Shown here one piece after another: positions 61,487-64,000 of a stretch of 64,000 nucleotides of DNA. The notes below the pieces were generated by a model. It made no database searches, was not told the DNA's origin, and saw only the letters and a list, made by a program, of their open reading frames with translations. Location of the stretch: positions 1,568,001 through 1,632,000 of the forward strand of contig CP009479.1 of assembly GCA_000965745.1 (NCBI GenBank), read 5' to 3'. Position numbers and translations under genes: made by a program. How positions within the stretch are numbered: the first letter of the stretch is position 1; every line of letters begins with the position of its first letter. This DNA is from an uncultured archaeon (lineage in GTDB: Archaea; Thermoplasmatota; Thermoplasmata; Thermoplasmatales; Thermoplasmataceae).

Positions 61487-62755
61487 ATGGTTCAAACAGG
61501 AAAAACGGCAGTAGAAAAAGTGTTTTCGAAAAAATCGGGGAGAGATGTCAGGGCAGGGAGCATCATAGAGGCGGAAGTTGACTATGTAATGGTGAATGAC
61601 ATAACAGGCCCACCGGCAATGGATGCATTTTCACAGCTGGGAGTGGAGCCTAAAAAGGATAAAATTGTGCTGATACCCGATCATTTTGTCCCGAGCAAGG
61701 ATATAGCCTCTGCCACGCAGTCAAAGAAAATGCGTGATTTTGCATGGAAATATGAGATGCCAAATTATTTTGAAGTCGGCAGGGGCGGAGTGTGCCACCA
61801 GGTAATGATGGAGAAGGGTTTTGCCACTCCCGGTGCTCTCATAGCCGGGGCGGATTCCCACACCTGCACCTATGGGGGACTTGGAGCAATATCCGTGGGG
61901 ATCGGGAGCACAGAAGCAGGCGTAATTTTCGGAACCGGAAAAATGTGGTTCAAGGTGCCCGAAACTGTGAGGTTCGATATAGATGGCCCACTAGATGAAT
62001 CAGTCGAAGGGAAGGACGTGATTCTCAGTGTCATTTCACGCATAGGCCTTGAGGGCGGCAGGTACAAATGTCTCGAGTACCGGGGCTCAGCAATTCAGCA
62101 GCTGGGAATATCTGACAGGATGACCATTGCGAACATGTCATCCGAAGCAGGCGCTAAGTGTGCCTTCATACCTCCTGACCGAAAAACGGAAGCTTATCTG
62201 GAGGGAAGGGCAAGGAACAGTTGGGAATTCATGGATTCCGACATGGATGCAACATACGAACAGATAATTCGCATAGATGCATCAGAGCTCGAACCTGTGG
62301 TATCAATGCCCGGGTCCCCCGCAAATGTGAAGCCTGTATCTGAAGTTGACAGTGAAATAGACCAGGCTTACATCGGGTCATGCACCAACGGCAGGATAGA
62401 GGATATAAGAAGGGCAGCAGCGGTACTGAAGGGCAGGAAAGTACACCCGAGAACAAGGTTGATTGTTGTCCCTTCCAGCCAGCAGGTATTTGAGGATGCA
62501 GTATCGGAAGGGCTTGTAAAGATAATATCTGAAGCAGGAGGGTATGTCTCGGGGCCTACCTGCGGTGCATGCCTCGGAGGTTACATGGGCGTACTCGGCC
62601 CCGGTGAGAAATGCATATCGAGCACGAACAGGAATTTTCTGGGAAGGATGGGGGACAAGGACTCAAGCGTCTATCTCTCTAATCCTTCTGTCGTTGCTGC
62701 AAGTGCAGTTGCAGGCAGGATAATCTCCCCCTCGGAGGTGCTCAAGGTTGCCTGA
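61487..62755 (+). CDS. leuC: 3-isopropylmalate dehydratase large subunit
   Basis: GADSHTCTYG, GSCTNGR, CGACLG, STNRNF.GRMG; GGGTGA-4nt-ATG start. Confidence 0.92.
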   Translation: MVQTGKTAVEKVFSKKSGRDVRAGSIIEAEVDYVMVNDITGPPAMDAFSQLGVEPKKDKIVLIPDHFVPSKDIASATQSKKMRDFAWKYEMPNYFEVGRGGVCHQVMMEKGFATPGALIAGADSHTCTYGGLGAISVGIGSTEAGVIFGTGKMWFKVPETVRFDIDGPLDESVEGKDVILSVISRIGLEGGRYKCLEYRGSAIQQLGISDRMTIANMSSEAGAKCAFIPPDRKTEAYLEGRARNSWEFMDSDMDATYEQIIRIDASELEPVVSMPGSPANVKPVSEVDSEIDQAYIGSCTNGRIEDIRRAAAVLKGRKVHPRTRLIVVPSSQQVFEDAVSEGLVKIISEAGGYVSGPTCGACLGGYMGVLGPGEKCISSTNRNFLGRMGDKDSSVYLSNPSVVAASAVAGRIISPSEVLKVA

Positions 62756-63251
62756 ACACAGAATTAGGGGAAAAGTCTGGATTCTTGGCGACAACGTCGA
62801 CACTGACCAGATCATACCGGCGAGGTACCTGGTAACTGCAGAGCCCGAAAAACTTGCGCCACACTTCATGGAAAATACGATCCCGGGTCTTGCATCGTCC
62901 ATATCCCGCGGCGACATAATTGTAGCCGGCAGGAATTTTGGGTGTGGCTCAAGCAGGGAACATGCCGTGAGGGCCATTCAGGGGTGTGGCGTCAGCCTGG
63001 TAATTGCTAAGAGCTTTGCACGGATATTCTTCAGAAATTCCATTAACCTGGGGCTTCCGGTTATTGAAGCTGATATATCTGTTGTTGAAGGGGCTGAAGT
63101 ATCCGTTGACATGGAAAAAGGGACCATTGCGCATGGTCCGGAAACGACTAAGTTCGAGAAATACCCGGAATTCCTGAAAAAGATAGTGGATAGTGGGAGC
63201 ATCATAAACTATGCCAAGGAGGAGTTGTTACGCCAGCAGTCGCAGTCATAG
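62748..63251 (+). CDS. leuD: 3-isopropylmalate dehydratase small subunit
   Basis: DTDQIIPARYLV, NFGCGSSREHA, SFARIF.RN. Confidence 0.92.
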   Translation: MPEHRIRGKVWILGDNVDTDQIIPARYLVTAEPEKLAPHFMENTIPGLASSISRGDIIVAGRNFGCGSSREHAVRAIQGCGVSLVIAKSFARIFFRNSINLGLPVIEADISVVEGAEVSVDMEKGTIAHGPETTKFEKYPEFLKKIVDSGSIINYAKEELLRQQSQS

Positions 63252-64000
63252 AGGGGGACGGGATTGGCCGTGAGGTGATACCGGCAGCAACTGAATGCAT
63301 AGATCACATCACAGGCGGATCGATTGAATATGTGAAATACGGAGCATCTTCTGAGAGGTATATCCGGGAAAGCACTCTGATAACGGAAAATGAAATGGAA
63401 GAGCTCAGAAAAATGGATGCAATTTTATTCGGGGCGATCGGGGACCCGAGGGTGAAACCCGGAATAATGGAAAGAGGTGTAATTCTCAGGCTAAGAAGAG
63501 AACTTGGCCTTTTTCTGAACCTGCGCCCCGCAAGGTCCCTGCCTTTTTCCAAATTTGACATGAATATTGCCATTGCAAGGGAAAACACTGAAGAGTTTTA
63601 CATGGGTTTCGGGGGAAAGATTGACGAAGGCGGGTCGAAATTCCTGCATAGAAGCAATGCATGGTCCGGTGAGCTAGAAGTTTCAGGCAGTTCTGACGAC
63701 GATTTGTACTTCAATCTCGGGGTAATGAGCAGAAAAAACCTGGAAAGATTTTTCAGAAAGGCCCTGTCATTCAAGCAAGCAAATGAGGGCAAGGGTGTAA
63801 CTGTAGTGGACAAGGCAAATGCTGTAACCGGCCTTTACGAGATCTGGAGGGAAGTGGCCGGAGAAGAACTTGCAAAAGCTGGCATAAAGCCTCATTTCAT
63901 GTATGGGGATGCAGTCGCATATGATCTTGTCATGGACCCTTCAAAATTTGGACTCATCATGGCTTCCAACCTCTATGGGGATATCCTGTCAGATCTCTGT
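63230..64000 (+). CDS. leuB: 3-isopropylmalate dehydrogenase (partial, runs off the window; apparent ACG start)
   Basis: VAVIEGDGIGREV, FGAIGDP, NLRPAR, RENTE, VDKANA, SNLYGDILSDL. Confidence 0.9.

Noticed and set aside
60238-64000. Lysine (alpha-aminoadipate) or coenzyme B operon instead of leu
   Set aside because: YLV loop in the small subunit and the Leu-rich leader favour leucine; not fully excluded without phylogeny

Overview
Archaeal chromosomal DNA, most likely Thermoplasmatales: aRF1, VAT/CDC48, Thermoplasma-type mevalonate enzymes, a sulfocyanin-like cupredoxin, GGTGA/GGAGG Shine-Dalgarno sites and many apparently leaderless genes. Bases 1-23 kb are mostly core genes (PadR/ABC/MFS efflux cluster, pyrH, prf1, cdc48, thrB-metB, mevalonate genes) plus an intact IS605-type tnpA/tnpB element. 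Bases ~23-47 kb are an accessory region around tRNA-Leu(TAG). It holds several toxin-antitoxin modules, IS21 and IS256 elements or remnants, a tRNA-5'-half att duplication, a split-integrase N fragment and a solo cas1 remnant. Bases 47-64 kb carry asd/ask, a cupredoxin pair, a surface protein, a ZIP transporter and a leuACDB operon. The strongest novelty candidate is a Leu-rich 22-codon leader peptide whose 3' part forms mutually exclusive hairpins with its own ribosome-binding site and that of leuA, i.e. ribosome-mediated attenuation in an archaeon. Other notable observations: two apparent ACG start codons (metB, leuB), an IS605 insertion that replaces the pyrH stop codon, and orphan TnpB omegaRNA/PATE elements. 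All calls come from motif reading by eye; no searches or folding programs were run.
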